64,000 nt of DNA from an uncultured virus (IMG/VR IMGVR_UViG_3300037601_000035) (lineage: Duplodnaviria; Heunggongvirae; Uroviricota; Caudoviricetes). The translations under genes were made by a program, and so were the position numbers. The notes beneath the pieces were generated by a model. It did not search any database. It saw nothing but the letters and a program-made list of their open reading frames with translations, and was not told the DNA's origin. The number at the start of each line of letters is the position of its first letter. Position 1 is the stretch's first letter. The stretch lies in IMG/VR virus record IMGVR_UViG_3300037601_000035. The stretch is one strand, 5' to 3'. Shown here in pieces: positions 1 to 10,441 of the stretch.

Positions 1-245
1 AATGGAATTTTTTTCTTAACTGCTCTCATAGAAGATATATTTAAATTTCCAGGAGTGCTAAAATATCCTTCTTCGTCTACTTTCCAATCTCCTGTTAATC
101 TATATTCTTCATTATATTTTTTATTTACAAGATGTTTTTCTATAAACGCTTTTACTTCTTCAGGTTCTTCTAATGGAAATATAGATTGATCTAGTTCCTG
201 ACTCTCATTTAAAAACTCTTTATATGTCTTAAATTCTTTATTCAT
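1..245 (-). CDS. Partial protein with T4-like capsid-targeting N-terminus (runs off window)
   Basis: Manual translation MNKEFKTYKEFLNESQELDQ...; ATG overlaps the upstream TAA (TAATG); absent from ORF track because truncated. Confidence 0.75.
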   Translation of the reverse strand, partial: MNKEFKTYKEFLNESQELDQSIFPLEEPEEVKAFIEKHLVNKKYNEEYRLTGDWKVDEEGYFSTPGNLNISSMRAVKKKIP

Positions 246-1123
246 TATGATCCAACTTTTACGGTTTGTGCTAGTATTAAATTTTCTGCTGCATCTACGG
301 CAGTAGTGGTAACGCCAGGGGTAGCAAACATTTTTCCGTCTATATTTACTGCCATAGCTTTAAGTAATTTCATTAAAGGTTCTCCATGAACAGCAGAAAA
401 AGTAGGAGAGCTTCCTAAATAAGTATTGTCTCCATTTATTTTAACTATACTTGAATTAACAGTTATTCTATTTTCTGAAGTTATGTCAATATCTCTATTT
501 GATATTATCTTAATATCAGGACCTTTTAATTCTATCATAGATTCCGTATCTTTATGTTCTATGAATATAGAAGAGTCTGGGCGAATTACTATTTGACTTC
601 CTTTATGATATACTTGAAGTCCTATAGATTTTGTATAAAGCATCCAATAATCTTCATCTTCATCAAAGAAAGTAACATTTGCATTTACATAATCACCATC
701 TTCACGAGTAATTATTCCCATCATCTTTTCATTTAATTTATGAACAGTATGATATTCTCCGGAATAAATGTCATCGTTTACAAAATTAACTTTTACCAAA
801 GATCCTAACTTAGGAGTACAAAAAGAACCTGATCCTGGATTTTCGCCTCCTGCAAATATTTGAGAATTTACTTGAAACATCCAAGGCAAAGCTTTATTAG
901 GAAGTAAAAAATGTGATTCATCTAGATAATCTTCTAGTTTTAAAGGTTCGTCGGGATAAGTTCCTTTATCGTCAATAGGAGCTCTTTGATCAAATCTTTC
1001 AAATATTCTTATCTTAGCTCTTCCTCTTTGTAAAGGATCTTCTATATCAACAACTATACCTAACCAATCCTTTCCTCTAAGACTTTGATTATAATTTTCT
1101 TTTTGTTGCTTTTCTTTATTCAT
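245..1123 (-). CDS. Baseplate hub/central spike protein (T4 gp5/VgrG OB-fold type)
   Basis: WLGIVVDIEDPLQRGRAKIRIF and PKLGSLVKVNF OB-fold motifs; beta-rich C-terminus; next to sheath gene. Confidence 0.85.
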   Translation of the reverse strand: MNKEKQQKENYNQSLRGKDWLGIVVDIEDPLQRGRAKIRIFERFDQRAPIDDKGTYPDEPLKLEDYLDESHFLLPNKALPWMFQVNSQIFAGGENPGSGSFCTPKLGSLVKVNFVNDDIYSGEYHTVHKLNEKMMGIITREDGDYVNANVTFFDEDEDYWMLYTKSIGLQVYHKGSQIVIRPDSSIFIEHKDTESMIELKGPDIKIISNRDIDITSENRITVNSSIVKINGDNTYLGSSPTFSAVHGEPLMKLLKAMAVNIDGKMFATPGVTTTAVDAAENLILAQTVKVGS

Positions 1124-1125
1124 TT

Positions 1126-4100
1126 TTAAATATTAAATCCTGAAACTTCTATACCACTTCCTTTCTTTACATTAAGTTCACAAATAAAGCTTCTTATTGC
1201 AGACGTAGGGAAAATTTCAATTTCTATTATACCATAAGATCCATCTAAAACAGATCCATTGTTATTACTAGAATCTATTTTAATTGAATAATCTGTAAAT
1301 GCTCCTTCATCTTTTAAAGGAAATAATAAAGCATCTACATCTTCGAATATTTGAAATCTTGTTCTAGGAGTATTATTATCGAAAATATATCTTTGTAGAA
1401 CATATTCAATTAATCTCTCAACTGTACATAACATGTCTCTTACATGTAAATTTGCTAAAGGAGAAACTTTTAAATAATTTGTTTGATTTCCGTACATTAT
1501 TATTCCATATCCACTTTTATCTATAAATGGATTATATCCTATTTCAGTAAAATATTGAACATCATTTTCAGAAATATATTCTACTCCTACTACTCTAGGA
1601 TCTCTAATAAATCCTCTAGATGTTCCTGCAGCAGGTTTAAATCTATCTCCTGTTCTATTTTTAGAAACAAATAAATTTGAAGCATGTGCTCCAGCAGGAA
1701 GTTTAATTCTTTGACCATTGTTTTTAACATAAGTAACATAAGGTCCAACTACAGTTGAATGTTTTGCTCCATTTGAAACAGAAGGATGTGAATATTTATA
1801 ATCTGGGTTTAAATCATCATTTCCACCTTCAGCTACATAAATAGCATCAAATACTCTATTGTTAGCAGCGCTTGAAAAAATTGGTCCAGGAGCAACTGAA
1901 TTAGTAAATGCTTCTATACTTGGTCCATTTAAAAGTGCAATCGATCTTCCTTGTTTACTACATAAATTAGATAAAATTGTTTTAGGATAAAGTTCATTTG
2001 TTATTAAAGATTCAAACGAATCTACTAAGTATCTAAAATCTATAATGTTTCTATCTATTAAAGAATCTTCTAAATTAGTATCTGTAATGACTCCTAATAT
2101 TTTTTCTAATTGGCTTGATTTATTTAAAAAGCTTCCAGGTAAATGGTATTCGCCCATTTTAAATCCACCTAAAGTAATTAAATTAAATGAATCAGTGAAG
2201 TCGTTAAATGTTTTGTATTTTTCAATATAATAACTACTTGAAATTAAAAATATTTTAGGAGCTCTTACTAAAGTAATATCATAATAAATTACTTCAGAAA
2301 CTACTACTTTTCTTTTAGTTAAAATAGGAGTTAAATAATTTTTAGTTATTCCTTCTACATTTACTTGAGTATTTAATAAATCTCCTACTTTTAATTTATC
2401 TGCTTCTGTAGAAGTTAATCTTATTCTTGTTCCAGAATCAAATGTTTGTTCAATTAAAATCTTTTCATTAATATTTCCTATTCTAGAAGAAAATGCAATT
2501 TCTGAAGGAGAAACTGCTTCGTAAGTATCTCCTACTTTCTTTTTATTTCCTAATGCCATTACTTCTGAATCTTTTACAGATAAATCTGTATCAGTATAAT
2601 TATCAATTACTATTCTTTCTACTCCATCATTATCTAATAATTTTTCAATTGAAACATAATATGCTTTATCTGTAGGACCAGTAATTTCTTTATAATAAAC
2701 ATCTCCTTGAGCAAGTTTACCAGACTCCCAATCAACATAAGCTTGAGAACTCTTATAAGCAACTAATTTATCACCATCTATTTTTACAACGTCTGGTTCA
2801 TATACAAGTTGAACATTATTTGCTGAAATATTTGGTCTAGTTATTGAATCAAAACCAAAAGTAACATAATAAGGATTTGTTGCAAGCTCATCCAATTCTC
2901 CTAAACTCACTAAATTAAATGTTGTTCCATTTGCCAATTCTGTAGAAGCAGCAGTTATTGTTACTACAGTATCTCCATTATCATCAATTGTATGACCAGA
3001 AAAAGCCATAGTTCCAGTAGTTCCTGAATTAGTTTTTAAATAAACTGTATTAGCAGTTAAGTTAGAACTTATAGTATCAAAATCCCAATAACCGTCAATC
3101 GTTACTTTACTATTTGCTGAATCTACTTCTAAAATTTTATATCCTGCTGACCAAGTAGCTTTATAATTAGTATCAATGTTAGATAAATTTGTATTATCTG
3201 CTACTGTAAATGTCGTTATGTTATTTGTTCCATCTACATCAAATCCAGAAAGTTCAAAATAATATTTAGAAATTCCGTTCGTTAAATAGAAATCTTCATT
3301 TGTCATTCCTAAATCAAGATCTCCATGAACTCCTTTTATTACAACATTACTATTTGCTGCATCAACAGAATCAACTAAATAATTAAAAGTTCCTTCCCCT
3401 GCTTTATCTGGATGTGTATAGGTAATTATAGTATTTCCAGAACTTGTACTATAATTTTTAATTGTTGCATACTTAGCTCCATTATCTAATTTTATTAAAG
3501 AAGTTTCTGGAATTATGTTTGCCTGAACATCTGTTCCATCTACAGTTACTCTATTAGAAAATAATCCATTTTCTCCTTTTCCTACAGAATTCTGATAATG
3601 ATCAGATCCGTCTGCTAAAGGAACGTTATCTTCTGTAAATGTAGTTTTTTGTGTATAAATTATATTCTCTAATAAACTAAATTTATAAGATAAAAAGTCT
3701 ATAGATTCTATATCTAAATTTTCATCTACTAAACTATGACCTAACATATCAATTACAGAAAAATCTTCTTCTGATAAAGACAATAAATAATCATCGTTAA
3801 TAGTACAAAATAAACCAACAGTAGATAAATAGTTGTTGATGATATTATCAATAGAATAAGAAATTCCCGACCCATCTAAAATGTCAGGAACTATTGATCC
3901 AGTAACAGAAAGAACAACATCAAAATCTGATGAACCTTCTAAAGAAGAAACTGAATCTTTATTTAACCCGTTAGTGCTAAAATATTTTGAATAAACAGCA
4001 TCAGTAGACAAACTTTGATAATCAGTGAAGTCTCCTTTAATTATCTTTACATCTACAAAATAATCTGAAATTTTATCTAAAGGATTCATATATGGAGGAA

Positions 4101-4689
4101 CATTTTCTTTTCCAAAATATTCGTGCGCATATACATCAAACTCTCTAGTAGAATCTGCTTTTTTGATCAATATAGAATATTGAGATTGACTTAAATTTAC
4201 AAATGATAAAATAGAATCTTTTGTTTCTATATTACTATCAATAATAGCTTTAAAGTTTGATTCTGAAGGTTCCCACATTCTTTCTTTAGAATAAAATGCA
4301 GCATAAAGTTCTTTTATTTTATTAGGATTTTCTGTTTGCGGGGTAGTTGAAAATGAATTAAATTCTACTTTATCTCCATCATCACTATTATCTAAAGCTA
4401 ATAAATTTAGTGCTAGAACAGGACCTTCTTGTAAACAAATATCTATAAATCTATGGAAATAAGATCCTCTTTTTTCTAAAAACGAATCAATTTCTCCAAA
4501 AACTCTTCTTCTTTGTTCTACGTTTTCTATTCTTACTACTTTATTAAATGTTCCCACCCTTGAAAAACCAACTACTAAACGCTCTTCTGATAATCGATTA
4601 CTTTGAAGTAATTCTTGATCATTTGCGCTTGTTTCAATTATAGTTACGCCGGGTTTTTTAATATCAAAAAGATTTATATTTACTGCCAT
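1126..4689 (-). CDS. Tail sheath protein (paralog 2)
   Basis: KKPGVTIIE, LVVGFSRVG, FKPAAGTSRG, YNPF, LHVRDML, IFDNNTPRTR sheath motifs. Confidence 0.9.
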   Translation of the reverse strand: MAVNINLFDIKKPGVTIIETSANDQELLQSNRLSEERLVVGFSRVGTFNKVVRIENVEQRRRVFGEIDSFLEKRGSYFHRFIDICLQEGPVLALNLLALDNSDDGDKVEFNSFSTTPQTENPNKIKELYAAFYSKERMWEPSESNFKAIIDSNIETKDSILSFVNLSQSQYSILIKKADSTREFDVYAHEYFGKENVPPYMNPLDKISDYFVDVKIIKGDFTDYQSLSTDAVYSKYFSTNGLNKDSVSSLEGSSDFDVVLSVTGSIVPDILDGSGISYSIDNIINNYLSTVGLFCTINDDYLLSLSEEDFSVIDMLGHSLVDENLDIESIDFLSYKFSLLENIIYTQKTTFTEDNVPLADGSDHYQNSVGKGENGLFSNRVTVDGTDVQANIIPETSLIKLDNGAKYATIKNYSTSSGNTIITYTHPDKAGEGTFNYLVDSVDAANSNVVIKGVHGDLDLGMTNEDFYLTNGISKYYFELSGFDVDGTNNITTFTVADNTNLSNIDTNYKATWSAGYKILEVDSANSKVTIDGYWDFDTISSNLTANTVYLKTNSGTTGTMAFSGHTIDDNGDTVVTITAASTELANGTTFNLVSLGELDELATNPYYVTFGFDSITRPNISANNVQLVYEPDVVKIDGDKLVAYKSSQAYVDWESGKLAQGDVYYKEITGPTDKAYYVSIEKLLDNDGVERIVIDNYTDTDLSVKDSEVMALGNKKKVGDTYEAVSPSEIAFSSRIGNINEKILIEQTFDSGTRIRLTSTEADKLKVGDLLNTQVNVEGITKNYLTPILTKRKVVVSEVIYYDITLVRAPKIFLISSSYYIEKYKTFNDFTDSFNLITLGGFKMGEYHLPGSFLNKSSQLEKILGVITDTNLEDSLIDRNIIDFRYLVDSFESLITNELYPKTILSNLCSKQGRSIALLNGPSIEAFTNSVAPGPIFSSAANNRVFDAIYVAEGGNDDLNPDYKYSHPSVSNGAKHSTVVGPYVTYVKNNGQRIKLPAGAHASNLFVSKNRTGDRFKPAAGTSRGFIRDPRVVGVEYISENDVQYFTEIGYNPFIDKSGYGIIMYGNQTNYLKVSPLANLHVRDMLCTVERLIEYVLQRYIFDNNTPRTRFQIFEDVDALLFPLKDEGAFTDYSIKIDSSNNNGSVLDGSYGIIEIEIFPTSAIRSFICELNVKKGSGIEVSGFNI

Positions 4690-4717
4690 AATTAGGTTTA
4701 CTGTTTAGTACATAATG

Positions 4718-4725
4718 TATATATT
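4718..4725 (-). promoter_or_regulatory. Putative late promoter (AATATATA)
   Basis: Same octamer upstream of both sheath genes, the 16249 gene and the 20556 gene. Confidence 0.6.
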
Positions 4726-4729
4726 CAAT

Positions 4730-4759
4730 AAAAAAGAGACCTATTTCTAAGTCTCTTTT
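4730..4759 (-). terminator. Intrinsic terminator
   Basis: AAAAGAGAC-N10-GTCTCTTTT hairpin flanked by A/T runs. Confidence 0.65.
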
Positions 4760-4782
4760 AAAAGTTTATTTGTAATTTATTT

Positions 4783-5247
4783 TTATAAATGAATGCTTTG
4801 TTTCTTTCTTCTTTCTAAGATGTATTTTAAATGATTGTAATCATCAAAAACTACTTTATCTAAATAATGTTCTTCTAATTTAATTACATCAGTTCCTAAA
4901 ACATCTTTAACCTTTTCATTAAACCATTCTCCTTCTTTAGGTTTATTCATTTCATTTTCAACTAAATCATCTAGTCTTTGTAAAATTTCAGAATATCTTT
5001 CAACTGGAATAGAATATTTTTCTTGATATTCTTTAGTGATTTCCCATTCTGATACATGATAATCAGAAACAAATCTTACAGCAGAATCACTTAAGTATTG
5101 TTTAGGATTTTCTTCTATTACCTCAATAGCTTCATCATATCCTTTATCTATTATAATCTGAGATAACATTTCTTCTGGAGACATTTGATTGTTATCTTCA
5201 TTAAATTTTCTCCAAGCTTCAAATAATTTTACTGGTTTCTGTTCCAT
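4783..5247 (-). CDS. Probable internal head protein
   Basis: N-terminus VKLFEAWRKFNED; alternative start 5262. Confidence 0.65.
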   Translation of the reverse strand: MEQKPVKLFEAWRKFNEDNNQMSPEEMLSQIIIDKGYDEAIEVIEENPKQYLSDSAVRFVSDYHVSEWEITKEYQEKYSIPVERYSEILQRLDDLVENEMNKPKEGEWFNEKVKDVLGTDVIKLEEHYLDKVVFDDYNHLKYILERRKKQSIHL

Positions 5248-5254
5248 CTTATTT

Positions 5255-5494
5255 TTATACATTGTAAGTAAATGAACCGTCTTTTACTTCAACTATTATT
5301 TTTTTCTTTCCTTTAATTCTTCTATTTGTCATTAAAGAATATTCTTCTATTTTATCCCATCCTTGGAGATACAATTTATCTCCATAAACATATCCTGAAT
5401 ATGTTCCATCTTTTTGTTCTGTAGTGAACGTATTTATATTAGGAGGTGTACAAAAACTGTTATACGATTCATATAATCTATCTTTCTTTTCCAT
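5255..5494 (-). CDS. Probable internal head protein, paralog of 5505-5729
   Basis: RLYESYNSF motif; DGTYSG vs DGIYKG similarity. Confidence 0.65.
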   Translation of the reverse strand: MEKKDRLYESYNSFCTPPNINTFTTEQKDGTYSGYVYGDKLYLQGWDKIEEYSLMTNRRIKGKKKIIVEVKDGSFTYNV

Positions 5495-5504
5495 AAGCTT
5501 TTCT

Positions 5505-5729
5505 TTACCTTAATTGTTTAAATCTTAAAACATTATTTTTAACAAAGGCTTCAATAGGACACCCACTGCATCTAACTCCGCCTGTTGTACTTCTATAATC
5601 TTGTCCTTCTACAGTAACTATCCATCCTGAAATAGTTCCTTTGTAAATACCATCTTCTAAATCAGTATTTACTTCTACTTCTCCAGCATAAGAAGAATAT
5701 TCATCAAAGCTTTCATATAATTTAGTCAT
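5505..5729 (-). CDS. Probable internal head protein
   Basis: MTKLYESFDEY motif. Confidence 0.65.
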   Translation of the reverse strand: MTKLYESFDEYSSYAGEVEVNTDLEDGIYKGTISGWIVTVEGQDYRSTTGGVRCSGCPIEAFVKNNVLRFKQLR

Positions 5730-6162
5730 TATGTAAACGTAATTTGTATTTTCTAAATCCCCAAACTAAATTTAACCTAGTTAAAGAATTATCATTATAA
5801 TCAAATTTTAAAAATTCAATATCATCTAATTGAACTTCTGTAAAATCAATAGAAATAGAAGGTTCATGAATTCTATTAAATAAAGATAGTGTTACTTTAG
5901 GATTTGGAAATCTATGTTTTAAGTTATGAAACAATTCTAAAATATATTTAGTTCCTTCATTTAAACAAATTTCTGTATGAAATCTATATTTCTTAAGTTC
6001 TAAATCTACGGATACTACAGACTCATTTAAAAGCTCTATAAAAATTTCATCATTTATCTTAGAATTATTTGTAAATAAATCTATATCGAATAAATTATTA
6101 TATTGTGGCTCTAAAAACTTTTCTACAGTATTTTCCATATTAGTAAAAAAATCTAATTTCAT
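5722..6162 (-). CDS. Tail tube-like protein
   Basis: EPQYNNLFDI start, C-terminal FDYNDNSLTRLNLVW strand, 146 aa, lies between two sheath genes. Confidence 0.5.
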   Translation of the reverse strand: MKLDFFTNMENTVEKFLEPQYNNLFDIDLFTNNSKINDEIFIELLNESVVSVDLELKKYRFHTEICLNEGTKYILELFHNLKHRFPNPKVTLSLFNRIHEPSISIDFTEVQLDDIEFLKFDYNDNSLTRLNLVWGFRKYKLRLHND

Positions 6163-6163
6163 T

Positions 6164-6640
6164 TTATAACTCGTTATCTAATACATAATCTCTAGCAAAT
6201 TGTTTAGGATCATCTCCTCTCATAAAAGCATCATACATTTTATCTTCGAAATCATAAAGATCATAATCTCTGCCTTGGATAATTGTCATTGCCTGTTCTT
6301 TATATTCTTTTAATTCTAAAGATTTCTTTTGTCTTTTTTCAAGTCTTTTATCTATTTGAGGAGCAAAACTTTCTACTACACTTTCGTCTTCTTCATTTTC
6401 TAAATCTCTAATAGATTGACCAACTTCTTCCATTTCTTGTTCAATCTCTTTTCTTTTCGCAGGATCTTTTTCAAATTCAAGTTCTTTTTCAAGAGCATCC
6501 ATTTCGTTATTTAAAAATTCTAATTGACCTGTTTTTGAATCAAGATCGTAATTTTTTTCTTCTTGAATTTTACTTACGTTTTCTTCTTTATTTTTGAAAT
6601 AATCTTGAAAACTTTCGACTATTTTTTGTTCTTTTTTCAT
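6164..6640 (-). CDS. Probable internal head protein (acidic coiled coil)
   Basis: MKKEQKIVESFQDYF plus internal VVESF. Confidence 0.65.
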   Translation of the reverse strand: MKKEQKIVESFQDYFKNKEENVSKIQEEKNYDLDSKTGQLEFLNNEMDALEKELEFEKDPAKRKEIEQEMEEVGQSIRDLENEEDESVVESFAPQIDKRLEKRQKKSLELKEYKEQAMTIIQGRDYDLYDFEDKMYDAFMRGDDPKQFARDYVLDNEL

Positions 6641-6653
6641 AGTTTTTTAGTAT

Positions 6654-6884
6654 TTAATCAATTATAGATTCAATGTATTCCATTACATCTTCTTTTTCAA
6701 AACCGTCGTTCATCATTTCAGAAGCAAATAATCTTACACTATCAACAAGAGCTGTTAAATTTTCAGCATCTGCGAAACTTTCCATTCTTTCTTTTGCTTC
6801 TGGAGAAATTTTATTTTCTACTGGAGCTGCTTCAGGATTTTGAAAATCTTCAAAACTTTCTACTATTCTTTGTTCTTTTTTCAT
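6654..6884 (-). CDS. Probable internal head protein
   Basis: MKKEQRIVESFEDF motif. Confidence 0.65.
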   Translation of the reverse strand: MKKEQRIVESFEDFQNPEAAPVENKISPEAKERMESFADAENLTALVDSVRLFASEMMNDGFEKEDVMEYIESIID

Positions 6885-6910
6885 TTTGTTTTTCTTATTT
6901 GTTTTTATTT

Positions 6911-6937
6911 AAAAAGTAAGGAGGCCTTTCGACCTCC
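6911..6937 (-). terminator. Intrinsic terminator after sheath 1
   Basis: GGAGGUC-GAAA-GGCCUCC followed by UUACUUUUU. Confidence 0.75.
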
Positions 6938-6962
6938 GTTTTAATTTTATAATTTATATATT

Positions 6963-9900
6963 TTAACCGCTAAAACCAGATTGTTGCAATTCTCCAACGC
7001 CTCCAGCATTATGAACAGTAATTCTATTCAAGTATTTAGATATTGGGAATGTAGGTTCTACATCAATATCAATTATACCAAATCCTGCAGTTATTGTTTC
7101 ATTTGTGTTATTAGCACTTGTCATTGTTACTTTATAGTCAGTTAAACCTCCAGCAACTTTAACTTGATTTAAGAATGCTCTTAATCTAGCAGAAACTTCT
7201 TCTCTTAAGAAATCTGTATTATTATCCCATAAGTAAGATTGTAAGATTGAATCTATACCATCTTCAATAGTAATTAATAAATCTCTAGTTGATAAGTAGT
7301 TAAATGCAGATAATTGTTCTTGGTATGCCATCAAGTTATCAAATATTACATAACCTTGATTTTCTCTCCAAACAATCGGATTCCAACCTAACTCAGCTAA
7401 AAACTCTCTATCTTCAAAAGTAAAATCATGCTCTAATGCTCCTGTTGCTCCAGTTACAGAGAATCCTCCATATTTACCAGCAACTGCATTAAACTTAGTT
7501 CCATCAAAATGCTTAGAAACAAATCTATTTGAAATTCCAGCTGCAGGCGGAACTGCAATATTTTTCTTATTATATCTAACTAATGGATATGTTCCGAAGA
7601 AACCACAATGTCTTGAACCATTTTCTTCTGAAGGAAGCGAGAATCTAACACTTGGTCCTAAACTTAAGTTACCACCTTCTTTAATATATTGAACTTTAAT
7701 TGGTGGTCTAGGATCAACTTCTGACGGTAAATCAGAGAACCTAGGATCAGTAGACTCTTTCAATTCTTTCCAAGAAGGAGTATTCATTATAGCTAAACAT
7801 CTTAATTTATCTTTAGCTAATCTAGTAATTAAGTTTTTAGGATAACATTCTGCAGAAACACCTCCACTGAATGTATCAACAATATATCTAAATCTCATTG
7901 TTTCATTATCAGCAAGAGCTTTGTAGATATTTGTTCCTGGTCCCATTACTTTAATAATTTTCTCTAATTGAGATTGTCTATTTAAGAAATTACCTGGTAG
8001 GTGATAATCGTTTACTGTAAATCCACTTAAAGTAGCAAAAGTATAATTAGTTGCAAAGTCTTCAACTGCAGATAAAATGTAAACGTTATCAACAGAAGAT
8101 ACATCAAATGTAGTAATTGAAGCTGCAGACGTTACAGTTTTAGTACCATCTCCATTACTTACCATTGAAATAATCTTAGCCGCATAATATTTAGTAGTTA
8201 AACCTTCAGTTATTGAAGTTGCAATATAATCCCCTACTTTAGTATCTCCTAAATTAGCATTCGTTATTTTAACAGATTTTGTATCTGCTGATAATGAATT
8301 TGTTACGATAGGAACCGTTTGTACTATATCCGTAGTCGTAAATGGAGTTGTGAATGTAGCATCTTCAGCCGGAGCATCTGTTGCTGAATTGATTGATAAA
8401 CTTTCATTTGTAAAGAACTTAACATTATAAATATCAATTCCTACAGAATCTTGCGCTTTTTCAATTTTCAAATATTCAGTATCTCCAGTAACTTGTCCAT
8501 TCTTAATTAAACCAGATTCAATATCTTTGTAAAGATCTGATCCTGAATAAACTTCTAAATAATCAGTTCCTGCTTCATCTAAAATAGTTAAATTAGGAGC
8601 AGCTGAATATCTAACAGTCCAAGTTAAACCACTATTTATAGCTTGACAAGGATTTAAATTACTTACTACAACATCGTGAGTAGAGTTTCCAATTCCTAAA
8701 TTAGTCATTGTATCAGGTAATCCTGTTACTACGATAGCACATTCATCTCCTGGATCATCTAATGTTAATGATGAAATAGTTGCATAATATCCTGTAGAAG
8801 CAGAAGTTTTAGGTTTGAAATAAATTTGTCTACCAACTTCAGCACCATATACTGTATATGAAGTTAAATTGATTGAATTTGCATCCAAATCAGTTTCATC
8901 AAACGTATAAACCGTATCAGCTTCAGCAGATTTTCCAGAATTCTTTAAATCTACATAAAGAACTATTTCATTGTCTCCTAAAGAATTTACTTCATTTATT
9001 TCGTAAGCATCTACAACACCAAAATAAATTTCAGAAGCAGTATCTGTTGTATCATTATGTCCTGCAAATACAGCTGTTTTTTCAGTAGCTGCTTGCTTTA
9101 AAGTATTATAAGTAGCTAACTGGGTAGCATCTGTAGGCTTTATTATTCTTAACCTATTATTCAATAATCCATAACCTTCAATTGCTTTAGATTGTAAAGT
9201 AACACCATCTAAAGTTATATTACCTACTTTTGTAGATAAATCTTCTCCGTTTTCAGAAGAAGGATAAGTTTTAGAAGTATTGAAGTTTGCTTTATATGAT
9301 AAGAAATCTAATTCTTTTACTGCAGAACCAGAAGCTGTTTGATTAATTAATGAGTGACCTACTAAATCAAGATCAGAAACTGAATCAGCTTTATTTTCCC
9401 AATTTTCTAGAACTTCTCTATTAATAGAAGTAAACAATCCTGTTATTGTTATTCCTTGATTCATTATTGCATCTAATGACCAGTTTTTACCGTTACCGTC
9501 AATTAAATCAGGAATCACAGATCCTGTATAATTTTGAACATAATCTACTCCATCTTCAGCTAAGAAGTCATTTAATTTTGATTTAATTAAACCGTCCTTA
9601 GTAAAGTATTTTGAATAAATTGGATCAATTGATAATTTCTCATAATCATTCCAATCTCCTTCAATTATAATTACTTCTAAGAAATAATCATTCAATATAT
9701 CAAAATCTTGTAAATAATCTGGAACATTATTTTGTCCAAAGAATTTTCTTGCAGTTATATCAAAACCTTTAACATTAGTTTTTCTAGTAATTAAAGAAAC
9801 TTGCTTAGTTCCTAAATTTGCTACTGATAATAATTTTCCTGAAGTTGTTGCATTAAATTCTATAATACCATCAAAGTTTTCTAAATCTAGTTCCCAAAAT

Positions 9901-10319
9901 CTTTCTTTATTAAAAAATGCAGAATATAATGCACTAGATACTTTAGAATTTTTCTCTTTTGTATCTAATGAAAATGATTGATATTCTACTTCATCTCTTG
10001 GAAAATCTAAATCTGTTCCATTGTTTACTGGCATTAATGCTAAAGCTAAAACAGGTCCAGCTTCTAATGCAGTAAATAATGATCTGTGGAAAAACGAACC
10101 TCTTTTTTCTAAAAATGGATCAATATCTCCAAATATTTGAATTGCTTCGTTTTTAGAATTAACTAAGATTGGCTTATTATAAATTCCTTTTCTAGAAAAG
10201 CCTGGAACTAATCTAAGAATAGTAGTATCTACCTGCGTTACCGGAGCTCCTTCATATTCTTCAAAATATATCCCTGGGGCTTTATACTGTGATAAATCTA
10301 AGTATCTGTTATTTGCCAT
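6963..10319 (-). CDS. Tail sheath protein (paralog 1)
   Basis: YKAPGIYFEE, LVPGFSRKG, VPPAA, GWNPI, YLSTRDLLITIE, YLWDNNT motifs. Confidence 0.92.
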   Translation of the reverse strand: MANNRYLDLSQYKAPGIYFEEYEGAPVTQVDTTILRLVPGFSRKGIYNKPILVNSKNEAIQIFGDIDPFLEKRGSFFHRSLFTALEAGPVLALALMPVNNGTDLDFPRDEVEYQSFSLDTKEKNSKVSSALYSAFFNKERFWELDLENFDGIIEFNATTSGKLLSVANLGTKQVSLITRKTNVKGFDITARKFFGQNNVPDYLQDFDILNDYFLEVIIIEGDWNDYEKLSIDPIYSKYFTKDGLIKSKLNDFLAEDGVDYVQNYTGSVIPDLIDGNGKNWSLDAIMNQGITITGLFTSINREVLENWENKADSVSDLDLVGHSLINQTASGSAVKELDFLSYKANFNTSKTYPSSENGEDLSTKVGNITLDGVTLQSKAIEGYGLLNNRLRIIKPTDATQLATYNTLKQAATEKTAVFAGHNDTTDTASEIYFGVVDAYEINEVNSLGDNEIVLYVDLKNSGKSAEADTVYTFDETDLDANSINLTSYTVYGAEVGRQIYFKPKTSASTGYYATISSLTLDDPGDECAIVVTGLPDTMTNLGIGNSTHDVVVSNLNPCQAINSGLTWTVRYSAAPNLTILDEAGTDYLEVYSGSDLYKDIESGLIKNGQVTGDTEYLKIEKAQDSVGIDIYNVKFFTNESLSINSATDAPAEDATFTTPFTTTDIVQTVPIVTNSLSADTKSVKITNANLGDTKVGDYIATSITEGLTTKYYAAKIISMVSNGDGTKTVTSAASITTFDVSSVDNVYILSAVEDFATNYTFATLSGFTVNDYHLPGNFLNRQSQLEKIIKVMGPGTNIYKALADNETMRFRYIVDTFSGGVSAECYPKNLITRLAKDKLRCLAIMNTPSWKELKESTDPRFSDLPSEVDPRPPIKVQYIKEGGNLSLGPSVRFSLPSEENGSRHCGFFGTYPLVRYNKKNIAVPPAAGISNRFVSKHFDGTKFNAVAGKYGGFSVTGATGALEHDFTFEDREFLAELGWNPIVWRENQGYVIFDNLMAYQEQLSAFNYLSTRDLLITIEDGIDSILQSYLWDNNTDFLREEVSARLRAFLNQVKVAGGLTDYKVTMTSANNTNETITAGFGIIDIDVEPTFPISKYLNRITVHNAGGVGELQQSGFSG

Positions 10320-10355
10320 TGTCTTTTATTTTAAATTTATATTTTCTTTATAGTC

Positions 10356-10363
10356 TATATATT
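10356..10363 (-). promoter_or_regulatory. Putative late promoter (AATATATA)
   Basis: About 36 nt upstream of sheath 1 start, just downstream of a terminator. Confidence 0.6.
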
Positions 10364-10372
10364 TAAAAAAGC

Positions 10373-10408
10373 AAAAAAGTCAAAAAAGTAAAACTTCTTT
10401 TGACTTTT
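10373..10408 (-). terminator. Intrinsic terminator
   Basis: AAAAGTCAAAA...TTTTGACTTTT inverted repeat with U-run. Confidence 0.6.
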
Positions 10409-10441
10409 AAATAAATTAAATTTATATTTATATTTTCTTTG

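Noticed and set aside
6955..6962. AATATATA right after the sheath 1 stop as a late promoter
   Set aside because: A strong terminator follows within about 20 nt; may be chance in AT-rich DNA
1126..10319. Inteins or introns explaining the oversized sheaths
   Set aside because: No intein splice-junction or LAGLIDADG motifs seen; frames are uninterrupted; inserts look like beta-rich structural domains
245..10319. Bacterial eCIS/tailocin locus with multiple sheaths
   Set aside because: Context is a phage genome with dense small early genes, capsid-tag proteins and no host housekeeping genes
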